Shown here one piece after another: positions 30,450-40,854 of a stretch of DNA of 64,000 nucleotides. The notes beneath the pieces were generated by a model. The model ran no database searches and had not been told where the DNA came from. It worked only from the letters and a program-made list of their open reading frames with translations. Where the stretch lies: positions 352,001 to 416,000 of the forward strand of contig CAXXRD010000001.1 in the NCBI GenBank assembly GCA_963663895.2. Reading direction: 5' to 3'. The DNA comes from Dehalococcoidia bacterium (GTDB lineage Bacteria; Chloroflexota; Dehalococcoidia; Bin125). The translations under genes were made by a program, and so were the position numbers. How positions within the stretch are numbered: position 1 is the first letter of the stretch; each line of letters opens with the position of its first letter.

Positions 30450-32516
30450 ATGGTGGTGCCCGCGCAGATCCGGAATTTGGTACTGATGGCCCATGGCGGG
30501 GCGGGCAAGACCTCCCTGGCCGAATCGCTGGCCTTCGCGGCGGGCGCCATCGACCGCCAAGGGCGCGTGGAGGACGGCAACACCGTCGCCGACTTCGATC
30601 CCGACGAGCAGAAGCGCGGCATGAGCGTCAAGCTCGCCATCGTCTCGTTCGAGCACAAGCACACGCAGATCAACCTGATCGACACGCCCGGCTATGCGGA
30701 CTTCGTCGGCGAGGTTATCGCGGGGGCCAGCGCCGCGGACGTGGCACTCATTACCGTCGACGCGACAAGCGGCGTGCAAGTGGGCACGGAGACCGCCTGG
30801 CGGATCGCCGAGCAGCGGGCGATGCCGCGGCTCCTTGCGGTGAGCCGCATGGACCGCGAGAACAGCAATTGGGCAGCGGCGGTCAGTGCCATTCGAAAGA
30901 CTCTCGGCCCGCAGTGTACGCCGCTGCAACTGCCGATCGGTGAAGCGCACAACCTCGCGGGCGTGATCGACGTGCTGCGTGGCGAGGCCTACTTGGGCGA
31001 CACGGACAAGGGAACGGCGGTACCCGACGAACATGCCGAGGCGTTAGCCGCCGCGCGCGAAGCCCTGATCGAGCGGATCGCCGAAGCCGACGACGACCTC
31101 ACGCTCAAGTACTTGGAAGGCGAGCCGCTCACGGAGGCCGAGATCAACAGCGGGCTCAAGACGGCGATCGCCGCCGGCACGCTCGTACCGATCCTCGCCT
31201 CCGCCGCGACCGGCAACATCGGCACCCAGGGTCTCTTGCGCCTGATCCACGAGCACGTGCCCTCGCCCGCGGACATCGCCCCCGCAATGGGTGAGTGCGA
31301 CGGAACTCCGGTCGAACTGGCGTCCGACCCGAGCGCGAATACAGCCGCACTCATCTTCAAGACGAACGCCGACGAGTTCGTCGGCCGCCTGACCTACTTC
31401 CGGGTTTTCACGGGGACGGTCAAAGCGGATACGCCGCTCTGGAACGCGCAGCAAGGGGAAAGCGAGCGGCCCAGCAATCTCGCGCGCGTCCTGGGCAAGG
31501 ACCGGCACAACGTAGCGGAGCTCACCGCAGGCGAGATCGGATCGGTGACCAAGCTCGGTCTATCCCGCACGTTCGAAACCCTGTGCGACAAGGCAGCGCC
31601 CGTGCAACTCGCGGCACCCTCGCTGCCGGCGCCGGTCTTCTCGGCCGCGATCGAGCCGAAATCAAAGGCGGACGTCGACAAGCTGGGGCCAAGTCTCCAA
31701 CGGCTGACCGAGGAGGATCTCACCCTGCGCATCGAACGCGACGCTGACACCGGGCAGACCATCCTCAGCGGCTTGGGGGAGTCGCACGTGGAACTCGCGG
31801 CGGACAAGCTACGCGGCAAGTTCAAGGTCGACGTCGTAGTGAAGGATCGCCGCATCCCCTACCGGGAGACGATCACGAGCAAAGCGGAGGCGGAGTACCT
31901 GCACAAGAAGCAGACCGGCGGGCACGGCCAGTATGCCCGGGTCGCGCTGCGCGTCGAGCCGCTGGGACGAGGGGAAGGGTTCGAATTCGACGATAAGATC
32001 GTCGGCGGGTCGGTGCCGCGCAACTACATCCCCGCCGTTGCGAAAGGGGTGACGGAGGCCCTCACAACGGGCGTGGTGGCGCGTTACCCGCTGACCGACA
32101 TCAAGGTGACGCTCTATGACGGCAAGCACCACGACGTCGACTCCAGCGACATGGCCTTCAAGCTGGCCGGCAGCCAAGCGCTCAAAGAGGCGTCGCAGAA
32201 GGCCCGCCCGATCCTGCTCGAGCCGATCCTCGGTATTCGCATCGCAGTGCCAGACACGGCCACCGGTGATGTGATGAGCGACCTCAACAGCCGGCGAGCC
32301 CGTGTCTTGGGCATGGAGCCGGCAAGCGAAGGGCACACGACGATCGTCGCCGAGGGGCCGATGGCGGAGTTCCGCCGCTATGCCACCGAACTGCGCTCCA
32401 TTACCGGTGGCCGCGGCACGTTCAACTCAACTTTCGAGCGCTACGATCCGGTTCCCGATCACGTGAGCAAGAAGGTCGTGGACGCCGCCGAAGAAGAGTC
32501 GGCCAACCTGCACTAG
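30450..32516 (+). CDS. fusA: Elongation factor G paralog (EF-G2 type)
   Basis: AHGGAGKTSL, RGMSV, DTPGYADF, KKQTGGHGQY, HDVDSS. Confidence 0.92.
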   Translation: MVVPAQIRNLVLMAHGGAGKTSLAESLAFAAGAIDRQGRVEDGNTVADFDPDEQKRGMSVKLAIVSFEHKHTQINLIDTPGYADFVGEVIAGASAADVALITVDATSGVQVGTETAWRIAEQRAMPRLLAVSRMDRENSNWAAAVSAIRKTLGPQCTPLQLPIGEAHNLAGVIDVLRGEAYLGDTDKGTAVPDEHAEALAAAREALIERIAEADDDLTLKYLEGEPLTEAEINSGLKTAIAAGTLVPILASAATGNIGTQGLLRLIHEHVPSPADIAPAMGECDGTPVELASDPSANTAALIFKTNADEFVGRLTYFRVFTGTVKADTPLWNAQQGESERPSNLARVLGKDRHNVAELTAGEIGSVTKLGLSRTFETLCDKAAPVQLAAPSLPAPVFSAAIEPKSKADVDKLGPSLQRLTEEDLTLRIERDADTGQTILSGLGESHVELAADKLRGKFKVDVVVKDRRIPYRETITSKAEAEYLHKKQTGGHGQYARVALRVEPLGRGEGFEFDDKIVGGSVPRNYIPAVAKGVTEALTTGVVARYPLTDIKVTLYDGKHHDVDSSDMAFKLAGSQALKEASQKARPILLEPILGIRIAVPDTATGDVMSDLNSRRARVLGMEPASEGHTTIVAEGPMAEFRRYATELRSITGGRGTFNSTFERYDPVPDHVSKKVVDAAEEESANLH

Positions 32517-33550
32517 AGTTCCTTGCGCCATTCGCCCTGGGGCCGGAAGGTCGCAGCGATCGGAAGCACTTCCTCCGCTACGCGGTACAGCTGCTCTTTG
32601 AGCTCATCCACGCTGCGCGACGGGCAGTCAAGGTGGAGCACCATCAGACAGTAGCCGTGCTCGGCAAAGCGCTCCAGGTCGGAGAGAACCTGTTCCGGCG
32701 TGCCGCCGCAGATCGGGCGCGGGACCTTCCTGCCATGGGGATCATCGGCGTCGGTGACCCGCGCGGAAACGCTGCCGAGCAGCGCGAACTGCGAGAGGTC
32801 GCGTCCGTTACGGTCGGCTTCTCGTCGGATGATCTCTAGCAGCGAATCCTTATCTTCGGGCCGAGCCTTGGGCGACGGGAACATGGGATAGAGGCCGTCG
32901 CAGCTCCGCGCCGCCACACGGGCGCCCAGCGGAGTAGTGCCGCCGTAGATGATGGGCGGATGGGGACGCTGCAGCGGTTTCGGATCCATCGAGAGATCCT
33001 GGAAGCGATAGTGCTGGCCTTGGAAAGAGACCAGCTCGCTCTCCTGGTCCCAGGCACGCTTGTAGATCTCGATGCACTCCTCGGTCATTGAGACCCGATC
33101 CTCAAAGCGCAATCCCAGCCCTTCGAACTCCTCGCGACACCAGCCCGCGCCTACGCCCATGATCAGGCGTCCGTTGGAGAGATGGTCGATCGTGGAAAAC
33201 TGCCGCGCGTCATGCATGGGCGGGCGATAGGGCGCGATGAGGACCGAGGGGGCCATCTTGATACGCGTCGTCGTCGCCGCGACGGCACCCATCACGGCGG
33301 CGCCGTCCAGCATCACCGGCCGAGCCGGATAGTGCCGCTTGCCCGTGTCGGGGTTGGCATAGGTGATTGGGACAGACTGAGGCGGCATGGCGACGTGATC
33401 CGAGAACCAAAGCGAGTGGAAGCCGTTCTCTTCACCGATCCGCGCGATCTCCAACGGCTCCATCTCCGGAGCCGGGATCGGCTGCAGCCACCAGTCGTCG
33501 TCGTCGCGGATACCAAGCCCGTGGGTGTCCATGAAATAGCCGATCTGCAT
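32513..33550 (-). CDS. LLM-class, probably F420-dependent oxidoreductase
   Basis: GFHSLWFSDH, TIDHLSNGRLIMGVGAGW, PKPLQRPHPPI. Confidence 0.88.
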   Translation of the reverse strand: MQIGYFMDTHGLGIRDDDDWWLQPIPAPEMEPLEIARIGEENGFHSLWFSDHVAMPPQSVPITYANPDTGKRHYPARPVMLDGAAVMGAVAATTTRIKMAPSVLIAPYRPPMHDARQFSTIDHLSNGRLIMGVGAGWCREEFEGLGLRFEDRVSMTEECIEIYKRAWDQESELVSFQGQHYRFQDLSMDPKPLQRPHPPIIYGGTTPLGARVAARSCDGLYPMFPSPKARPEDKDSLLEIIRREADRNGRDLSQFALLGSVSARVTDADDPHGRKVPRPICGGTPEQVLSDLERFAEHGYCLMVLHLDCPSRSVDELKEQLYRVAEEVLPIAATFRPQGEWRKEL

Positions 33551-33579
33551 CGCCTGCCTCCCTTTCGATGCTGCACGTG

Positions 33580-34431
33580 CTAACGGCTGAGCACGGCCTG
33601 CACAACCTGCATTCGATCGCTCTCCAACGCGATGCGGACGTTGCGGGCCATCACCCTAAACGCCTCCGCTGGGACGGCGCAGTTGCGGGCCGGGGTTGGG
33701 CTCTCCGCTCCAGACCGAGACGGCCGTTGCGCCGCGATCCAGGCGCGCGCGTTGACGGTATCGTCGTTCCAGGCGAGAGCCCGGAATCCCGCCGCCGCGA
33801 GCTGATCACGCATCTGCGGCGCACGGACCAAGTGACTGATGGTAGCGTCATCCGCCCAGGGGACGGGGAAGTCGGGGGCACCGGCTGGCCCCGCGACGAT
33901 CTCGTAGCAAGCGTAGCGTCCACCCGGCTTGAGGACGCGCCGCAGTTGCGCATAGACGCCGGCCTTATCCGCGATGTTCATGAGGGCGTGCTGGCTCCAG
34001 ACCAGATCGAAGCTCGCGTCCGCAAACGGCAGGGTGAGCGCCTCGCCCTGTAAGAAACGGACCTGATCGGAGAGCCTCGTGCGCGCCGTCAGCATCGCCG
34101 CAACGCGGCAGAACTCCTCGACGAGGTCAATCCCCGTGACGCGGCAGCCGAAGGCGTGAGCGAGAGCGCGAGCGGGCCCGCCAATGCCACTGCCGATATC
34201 CAGCACCTGCATATCGGCGCCGACCTCCGCCAACGTCGCGAGCTCTCGAGTGGCCGTATCGCCGCGCAGGTGGAACTGGTCGAACGGCTCAAGGTCCTCC
34301 GGCCTGAGCCCGTCGATCGGCTTGCCCGACTCCCGCAGGCTCGCGAGCATTCGCTCGTTGAGGTCGCCGGTGGTGTAGTGACGGCTGATGGCGGCCCGGC
34401 TGCTCGTCACGAGCCGCTTTTCAGTGCGCAA
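33580..34431 (-). CDS. Class I SAM-dependent methyltransferase (sarcosine/dimethylglycine N-methyltransferase-like)
   Basis: DQFH, VLDIGSGIGGPAR, LPFADASFD, FPVPWA; start uncertain (TTG 34431 or GTG 34410). Confidence 0.85.
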   Translation of the reverse strand: MRTEKRLVTSSRAAISRHYTTGDLNERMLASLRESGKPIDGLRPEDLEPFDQFHLRGDTATRELATLAEVGADMQVLDIGSGIGGPARALAHAFGCRVTGIDLVEEFCRVAAMLTARTRLSDQVRFLQGEALTLPFADASFDLVWSQHALMNIADKAGVYAQLRRVLKPGGRYACYEIVAGPAGAPDFPVPWADDATISHLVRAPQMRDQLAAAGFRALAWNDDTVNARAWIAAQRPSRSGAESPTPARNCAVPAEAFRVMARNVRIALESDRMQVVQAVLSR

Positions 34432-35680
34432 CGACGCGCAGCCAGCGGCGCTTGCCGATCTTGAGGATATCGCCAGGCGAGAGGCGCACCTGGGGCGCCT
34501 CGAATGGCTGGCCGTCGCGCTGGACGCCGCCTTGTCCTACAAGACGCTTCACCTCGGCCTTGCTCTTGACGACGCCGGCAGTTGTGAGAAGGACGGCGAG
34601 GTCCACTTCGGCAGTGGCGCCGTCGAAGCGAAGCGCCACCTCCTGCATCTCCGCCGGCGCTTCCCGCTTGGAGAAGACGCGCTTGAACTGCGCGGCGGCG
34701 GCATCCGCCGCCGCCGCGCCATGCCACTCGCGCACGACGGCACGGGCAAGGCGCCGCTTCGCTTCCATCGGATGCAGGTCCCCGGTCGCCAAGTCGCGCT
34801 CGAGCGCGGCGACCTCGTCCGCAGGCAGGTTCGTGCCCAGCGTGAAGAACTGCGGGAGGGCCGCATCCGGGATGGACATCGTTTTGCCGTATTGCTCGTC
34901 CGGAGGCTCGTCGATACCGATGTGGTTGCCCTGGCTCTTGGACATGCGCGCCTTGCCGTCGAGGCCGACGAGGATGGGGAAGGTGATGGCGACCTGCGGC
35001 GGCTGGCCGTGGGCGCGCTGTAGAATCCGGCCGGCGATCAGGTTGAAGGTTTGGTCCGTCCCCCCGATCTGCACGTCGGCACGGAGGGCCACGGCATCGT
35101 AGCCTTGCATCAGCCCGTACATGAACTCATGCACATAGACCGGGGCGCCCCGATCGAGCCGCCGGGCGAAGGTATCGCGCTCCATGAACTGGGCGACCGT
35201 GAAGTGACTCGCCAAGCGGATGACCGAAGCGAAATCGAGCCCCCCGAGCCACTCGCTGTTGCGCCGCACCTCGGTGCGCTCGGGATCTAACACCTTGAAC
35301 GCTTGCTCCTGATAGCCGCGGGCGTTCTCCTGAAGCTGCTCCATGGTCGACATCGGGCGCAGGGCGTCCTTGTCGGAGGGATCCCCCACAAGACCCGTGA
35401 AATCGCCGATGAGGAGAATCGCCTGATGGCCCAATTCCGCAAAAGTGCGCAGCTTGCGCAGTCCCACGACATGGCCCAAGTGCAGATCCGGGGCAGTCGG
35501 GTCGACACCCAAGTAGACCCGCAAGGGCTGCTCTTCGCGGATCGATACGGCCAGCCGCTCGCTTAACTCGCGCTCCATGGTAACGCGCGTCTCCGCGTCG
35601 CCAAAGACGGTGCCGCGCATGATCAGGGCGTGCTGGCGCTCGACCTCCGCCTGGAGCGCCGGGCTGCCCTCGCCGCTCAT
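34421..35680 (-). CDS. tyrS: Tyrosine-tRNA ligase
   Basis: DPTAPDLHLGH, GGTDQTFN, RMSKS, C-terminal S4 domain. Confidence 0.96.
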   Translation of the reverse strand: MSGEGSPALQAEVERQHALIMRGTVFGDAETRVTMERELSERLAVSIREEQPLRVYLGVDPTAPDLHLGHVVGLRKLRTFAELGHQAILLIGDFTGLVGDPSDKDALRPMSTMEQLQENARGYQEQAFKVLDPERTEVRRNSEWLGGLDFASVIRLASHFTVAQFMERDTFARRLDRGAPVYVHEFMYGLMQGYDAVALRADVQIGGTDQTFNLIAGRILQRAHGQPPQVAITFPILVGLDGKARMSKSQGNHIGIDEPPDEQYGKTMSIPDAALPQFFTLGTNLPADEVAALERDLATGDLHPMEAKRRLARAVVREWHGAAAADAAAAQFKRVFSKREAPAEMQEVALRFDGATAEVDLAVLLTTAGVVKSKAEVKRLVGQGGVQRDGQPFEAPQVRLSPGDILKIGKRRWLRVVAH

Positions 35681-36609
35681 ACGCCCAGGACCGCACGGGC
35701 AGCGGCGGAGTCGCGCTTCATCTGCGCGACCAAGGCGTCGGCACCGTCAAACTTCCGCTCACCACGGAGGCGCGCAGCGAATTCGATGCGCAAGTCTCGC
35801 TTGTAGAGGTCGCCGTCGAAGTCGAAGACGTGGCACTCGATCGACAAGGCCGCGTCATCGTTGAAGGTCGGCCGGACGCCGATATTGGTGACCGAGGGCA
35901 GGGGAGCGCCTGCCACGCGGGCAATGGTCGCGTAAACGCCGACCGCAGGCAACGCGCGGTCCGCGCCGACGGCGATGTTGGCGGTGGGAAATCCAATCGT
36001 GCGGCCACGCTGGACGCCATAAATGACGGGACCATGGAGGGAAAAGCGGCGGCTGAGCAATGCGTTCACCTGGTCGATCGCACCCGTGCTGAGCGCCCGG
36101 CGGATATCGGTGGAGGATATCTTGCCCTCGGCCTCCTCCAGCAGCTCGATCACCTCGACCGTGAAGCGGAGCTCTCGGCCAAGCGCGCGCAGCGTCTCCG
36201 GATCGCCGCCACGGCAGCGACCGAGAGCGAAATCAGGGCCGATCACCAAGTGCCTCATCTGCAGGTGCTCGACGAGCAAGCCGACGAAGTCGGCGGCATC
36301 CGTCTGAGCGAGCTCGGAGGTAAACGTGACCGGGACGACGCAAGGGAGGCCGAGGCCGTGCAGCAGGTCGAGACGGTCCTCCAGACTGGTGATGTAGGAG
36401 ATTTGGACGGCGGGAGTGATCACTTGCCGCGGGTGAGGGTGGAGCGTAACGACGCCAGGAGCGAGATCGGTTCGCTTCGCGCTCTCAATGAGCCGCGCCA
36501 TAAGCGCCTGATGGCCGCGGTGGACGCCGTCGAAGATGCCGAGCGTGAGGGCAGTAGGCTGGCCGACCGCAGCGCGCTGCAACTCCTCACGCGCCAATGC
36601 GGTGCTCAA
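35677..36609 (-). CDS. ribF: Riboflavin kinase / FAD synthetase
   Basis: GIFDGVHRGH, ISST, RGRTIGFPTAN, NIGVRPT, ECHVFDF. Confidence 0.96.
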   Translation of the reverse strand: MSTALAREELQRAAVGQPTALTLGIFDGVHRGHQALMARLIESAKRTDLAPGVVTLHPHPRQVITPAVQISYITSLEDRLDLLHGLGLPCVVPVTFTSELAQTDAADFVGLLVEHLQMRHLVIGPDFALGRCRGGDPETLRALGRELRFTVEVIELLEEAEGKISSTDIRRALSTGAIDQVNALLSRRFSLHGPVIYGVQRGRTIGFPTANIAVGADRALPAVGVYATIARVAGAPLPSVTNIGVRPTFNDDAALSIECHVFDFDGDLYKRDLRIEFAARLRGERKFDGADALVAQMKRDSAAARAVLGV

Positions 36610-36684
36610 GAGTGCTCCCCTTCGCGCGGTCGCTGCCGCGAGCGTTACCGTACCACGCGCACTGCTTCGGATCGGAGGTGTGGC

Positions 36685-37476
36685 TTACGCTTCCGGGTCC
36701 GCTGCAGACGGCGTCTCCGCTCCCGGTGCGGAGACCTGCTGGCTGGCGGCGGGCCGCAACTCGACCAAGATATCCCCGTAGCTCTCGTCCTGCTGCATCT
36801 CGATCGCGCGCGATTTATAGAGCTCCAAGATGGCGAGGAACGTGACAATCACCTCGATGCGGGTCTCCGCATCCGCAATCCAGCGCCGGAACGAGAGCTG
36901 CGTGCCAGGCCGCAGACGGGCCCGCAGATCCGAGACACGCTGCTCAACGGTGAGAGGCTCGCGCTGCAGCTCGACTGCTTGCTTGGGCTTCCGCGCCGCC
37001 GCGCGGGCCAACGCCTCGTGAACCAAGCGGGAGAGCAGATCTAGGGTGAGGCTATCCGGCAGACTCTGGGGAGCGCGGCTCTTGGGAGCCGTCACGGAGC
37101 GAGTCGGGAAGGCGCGCAGGCCGCTGGAGTCGATGGTGTGCAGGACGCCGACGGCCTCGCGATAGCGCTGGTATTCCTCCAGCATCTGAACGAGCTCGCG
37201 GCCGACATCCTCGTCCTCTTCGTCTGCGTCAGCAGCCTCACCGGGGAGCAGTGCCCGTGACTTCAGTAGCATGAGTCGAGCGCCGATGACGATGAAATCG
37301 GCGAGAGACTCCACCTTGTCGGCGCCGCGTCCCTCTCCAAGCGCCTCCACACTGGCGAGGTATTGGTCCGTGACCTGGAGGAGGGACACCTCCGAGATAT
37401 CGAGCTGGTTCTCTTCGATCAACTGGAGCAAAAGCTCCAGCGGTCCCTCAAAACCAGTAATGCGCAGCTCAACCAT
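36685..37476 (-). CDS. scpA: Segregation and condensation protein A (kleisin)
   Basis: FEGPLELLLQLI, LKSRALLP, VTFLAILEL. Confidence 0.93.
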   Translation of the reverse strand: MVELRITGFEGPLELLLQLIEENQLDISEVSLLQVTDQYLASVEALGEGRGADKVESLADFIVIGARLMLLKSRALLPGEAADADEEDEDVGRELVQMLEEYQRYREAVGVLHTIDSSGLRAFPTRSVTAPKSRAPQSLPDSLTLDLLSRLVHEALARAAARKPKQAVELQREPLTVEQRVSDLRARLRPGTQLSFRRWIADAETRIEVIVTFLAILELYKSRAIEMQQDESYGDILVELRPAASQQVSAPGAETPSAADPEA

Positions 37477-37568
37477 CTCACAGCAGCGTACACCGCCAGC
37501 CGGGCAGTCCTGACCGCGGGGCGCATCCGTGGGGGCGTTGCCGGAGATCAGCCTCCGACAGGGAAGTG

Positions 37569-38627
37569 TCAGACGGCCGAAGGGTCTCGGCGCGAAGCGG
37601 GCGGCTGGGGTGCCAAGTGCCGGTTCAGAGCCTCCGATACCGGCGAGAGGCTACGGACCATCGCGGCGAAATTCTCAAAAGTGAGCGACTGCGCCCCATC
37701 GGAGAGGGCATGATCTGGGCGGGGATGGACCTCGACCATCAAGCCATCCGCGCCCACGGCGACGGCGGCGCGCGCCATCGGTTGCACCAGCTTCCAACGA
37801 CCGGTGCCGTGGCTGGGATCACAGACGATGGGAAGGTGGCTCAGATCCTTGACCAGCGCGATAGCGGCGAGATCCAGCGTGTTGCGCGTCGCGGTCTCGA
37901 AGGTGCGGATGCCTCGCTCGCAGAGGATCACCTCATGGTTGCCGCGCGCCATGATGTACTCCGCCGCCAGCAGCCACTCTTCGATGGTGCCGCTCAAGGC
38001 GCGCTTGAGCATGACCGGCTTAGGGACGCAGCCAACCTCGTCGAGCAGGTTGAAGTTCTGCATGTTGCGCGCGCCGATCTGCAGGATGTCCGCGTAGCGC
38101 GCGACTAGCTCCATGTCTTCTACCGCCATCACCTCCGTGATCACGGGCAGGCCCGACTCCGCCCGCGCCGTGGCGAGGTGTTTCAAGCCTTCCTCGCCCA
38201 ACCCTCGGAAAGCGTAGGGCGAGCTGCGTGGCTTGAAGGCGCCGCCGCGCAGCACGTGCGCACCAGCTGCCGCGACCGCCCTGGCGGTCGTCACCATGTG
38301 CTCCTCGCTCTCAATGCTGCAAGGACCCGCCATGACCACAAAGGAGCCATCGCCGATGCGCACGCCGCCCACTTCGATGATGGTGTCGCGCGGCTTGAAT
38401 TCCCGACCGGCGAGCTTGTACGGGCGGCTAATCGGGACGACCGACTCGACGCCGGTCATCGTTCCGATCGCGGTACGAATCTCGGGATCGACCACCCGAC
38501 CAACCGCGCCGATCACGATGCGCTCCGCGCCCGCCGACAGGTGACCTTCCAGGTTGGCCTCCTTCAGCCGGTCGAGTACGGCCTGCACCTGCACTGGGGG
38601 AACCCCGGTTTCCATGATTACCAACAT
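37569..38627 (-). CDS. aroF: DAHP synthase (type I-beta with N-terminal regulatory domain)
   Basis: [37 protein letters not shown]. Confidence 0.95.
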   Translation of the reverse strand: MLVIMETGVPPVQVQAVLDRLKEANLEGHLSAGAERIVIGAVGRVVDPEIRTAIGTMTGVESVVPISRPYKLAGREFKPRDTIIEVGGVRIGDGSFVVMAGPCSIESEEHMVTTARAVAAAGAHVLRGGAFKPRSSPYAFRGLGEEGLKHLATARAESGLPVITEVMAVEDMELVARYADILQIGARNMQNFNLLDEVGCVPKPVMLKRALSGTIEEWLLAAEYIMARGNHEVILCERGIRTFETATRNTLDLAAIALVKDLSHLPIVCDPSHGTGRWKLVQPMARAAVAVGADGLMVEVHPRPDHALSDGAQSLTFENFAAMVRSLSPVSEALNRHLAPQPPASRRDPSAV

Positions 38628-38663
38628 CGTTCATTCCCTCTTGGAACGGCAACGCCGCGAGCG

Positions 38664-39062
38664 TCACTCCTGTGCGTCATTGTCGCCGGAAACGTCAGGC
38701 CGCAGAGCCGTGGCTCCGCGCAGATAGACATGCTGCATCTCGGATTGCTCCCTGTCGGTGTTGAGATGGACGAGGACACGCAAGCAGCGCTCCAGGCCGC
38801 CGGGAACGCGCATCTCGTGCCCGCACATCAGTGCCACGTTGTCCCAGCCGATCTCCCGAGCGGCGACAGCGGGAAATTCCGCGTCCAGGTCCGTGGTGGT
38901 CGTGAACAAGGCAGAGGCCACGTGCGCCGAGACGATGCCGTTGCGCGCGATCAATGCTTCAAGCAACTCCCGCGCTGCGGCCACGATCGCCTCGCGCGTA
39001 TTGTGCTCCACCGTCGTAGCGCCCCGAATTCCGCAGAGGCGGAGGGGGCGTGCGTCGCCCAT
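38664..39062 (-). CDS. aroH: Chorismate mutase (AroH class)
   Basis: [35 protein letters not shown]. Confidence 0.94.
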   Translation of the reverse strand: MGDARPLRLCGIRGATTVEHNTREAIVAAARELLEALIARNGIVSAHVASALFTTTTDLDAEFPAVAAREIGWDNVALMCGHEMRVPGGLERCLRVLVHLNTDREQSEMQHVYLRGATALRPDVSGDNDAQE

Positions 39063-39185
39063 GCAAAGTTCCTTGGATAGAGGCTGGCTGATCGTGCGGG
39101 TTGGCCGCTCAGGCGAGCCCGAAGCCGCCGGCTGCCGCATCGACGCGATACGCGGGGCGAGGCCGCAACCGTCGCAGGCAAGGCC

Positions 39186-40025
39186 TCATCGCAACTCCTC
39201 GTCGATCCGGCGGCCGGTGACCACCTCTACGAACTCTTGCAGCTTAGTCGGCCGCTGCGCCTTGTCTGCCGCCGCAATCACATCGATCAGGGCGCTGCCG
39301 ACGACGGCAGCCTCACATAATCCGCCGATAGTTTCAAGCTGCGCACGACTTGATAGGCCGAAACCCACGGCGATCGGCAGGCGGACGCCGGCGCGAACGC
39401 GGGCAACGCAGTCGACCAGGTCGGGGGGAAGCTGCGAGCGGGCGCCGGTGACGCCGGTGACGCTGACCAGGTAGACGAAACCGGAGGCGCGCCGGGCGAC
39501 GGCGCGGATGCGGGCCTCCGTGCTGGTGGGCGCGAGGAGATAGATCAGGTGAAGCCCATGCCGGGCAAGAGGCGCGCGCAAAGGATCGGACTCCTCGGGA
39601 GGGAGATCGACGATCAGCAACCCATCGACGCCGGCGGTCGCAGCATCGCGGGCCAGCGCGGACAGACCGGCCCCGCCGGCGTAAGCGAGGAAAGGATTGA
39701 GGTAGCCCATCAGGGTGATGGGAATCTCGACCCCAGCTTCACGCAACTTTGCGACGGTCTCCACCGCAAAGGCGAGGGAGGCGCCGCCCTGCAATGCGGC
39801 CATGTTCGCGCGCTGAATCGTGGGACCGTCTGCCAGCGGGTCACTGAACGGCACTCCAAGCTCGAGCGCACCAGCCCCCCCGCGCACGAGCGCTTGGACG
39901 AGAGCGACGGTCTCATCACGGCTCGGATAGCCGACGGTGAGAAACGGCATGAAGAGCGGGCGGCCTTCGGCGCGGGCGGCGCCGAAAGCCTCCGCGTAGC
40001 GAGACGACAGGGCGCGAGCGCTCAT
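39186..40025 (-). CDS. trpA: Tryptophan synthase alpha subunit
   Basis: LELGVPFSDPLADGPTIQ, DLPPEE, VGFG, VVGSA. Confidence 0.97.
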   Translation of the reverse strand: MSARALSSRYAEAFGAARAEGRPLFMPFLTVGYPSRDETVALVQALVRGGAGALELGVPFSDPLADGPTIQRANMAALQGGASLAFAVETVAKLREAGVEIPITLMGYLNPFLAYAGGAGLSALARDAATAGVDGLLIVDLPPEESDPLRAPLARHGLHLIYLLAPTSTEARIRAVARRASGFVYLVSVTGVTGARSQLPPDLVDCVARVRAGVRLPIAVGFGLSSRAQLETIGGLCEAAVVGSALIDVIAAADKAQRPTKLQEFVEVVTGRRIDEELR

Positions 40026-40831
40026 CCGACCCCCCGATCGAAGACCAACACCACGAAGCTAATCGCGTTGAAGAGTCCGTGCGCCAGGATGGCGCCGTTG
40101 AGCGAACGCGAGCGCCAGTAGACCAGCGCAAACACCACCCCCACGACCGCGAAGGGGATCAGGCTACCCGGGTCGAAGTGAACGGCCGCGAAGAGCGCCG
40201 AGCTGGCCAGCGCCCCGGCGACGACGCCGAAGCGCCGGCCCAGCCCGGCAAAAATGAAACCGCGGTAGAAGATCTCCTCGGCGATGGGCGCCACAAGCAC
40301 GACCAAGATGCCGGTAAGAACAACGAGGCTCACCGAAGCGTAGATCGCATCGTTGTCGATGCTGGAGACAGGTTCCAGATCTTCAACGCCCGCAACCTCC
40401 ACGATCCCCACGTAGAGCCAGACCACCGCCATCGCGCCGACCAAACCGGCGATCCCCCACCCGAGGTCACGGGCGGCGGGACGGCGGAATCCGAGGCGGG
40501 CGAGCGCGCGCCGCCCGCCGCCGAGGAGCATGATCGGCAAGGCAACGAGCGCCAGGAGATCGATGACGAGCGTAGTCAGGAAGCCGGCCCAGAGCTTCTC
40601 CCGATCGGAAGCGTCCGGCTCGATCGCCTCCAAAGCGCCGACAGCGGCGATGGTGAGAAGGAAGACGATCGCTAGGGCGATCACCAAACCCGTCCAGACG
40701 GTGCGGACGCCGAAGCCGGCTCCAAGCCAGCTCTCCGCAGGACCCGGAGCGGCCGGCGCGGGATCGGCTTGGCGATAGGGATCCGGCGGTGGGAGCGGAG
40801 CGTCGGGGAACGTGTCCTGCGACGGCTTCAC
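40022..40831 (-). CDS. CPBP (Abi/CAAX) intramembrane metalloprotease inserted between trpB and trpA
   Basis: APIAEEIFYRG, FAAVH, HGLFN; multiple TMs; stop overlaps trpA ATG; start uncertain. Confidence 0.88.
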   Translation of the reverse strand: MKPSQDTFPDAPLPPPDPYRQADPAPAAPGPAESWLGAGFGVRTVWTGLVIALAIVFLLTIAAVGALEAIEPDASDREKLWAGFLTTLVIDLLALVALPIMLLGGGRRALARLGFRRPAARDLGWGIAGLVGAMAVVWLYVGIVEVAGVEDLEPVSSIDNDAIYASVSLVVLTGILVVLVAPIAEEIFYRGFIFAGLGRRFGVVAGALASSALFAAVHFDPGSLIPFAVVGVVFALVYWRSRSLNGAILAHGLFNAISFVVLVFDRGVG

Positions 40832-40854
40832 GACGGCAGCCCGGCAGCCAAGGG

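Noticed and set aside
36685-37476. scpA without adjacent scpB or smc
   Set aside because: These genes are frequently unlinked; nothing can be concluded from one window.
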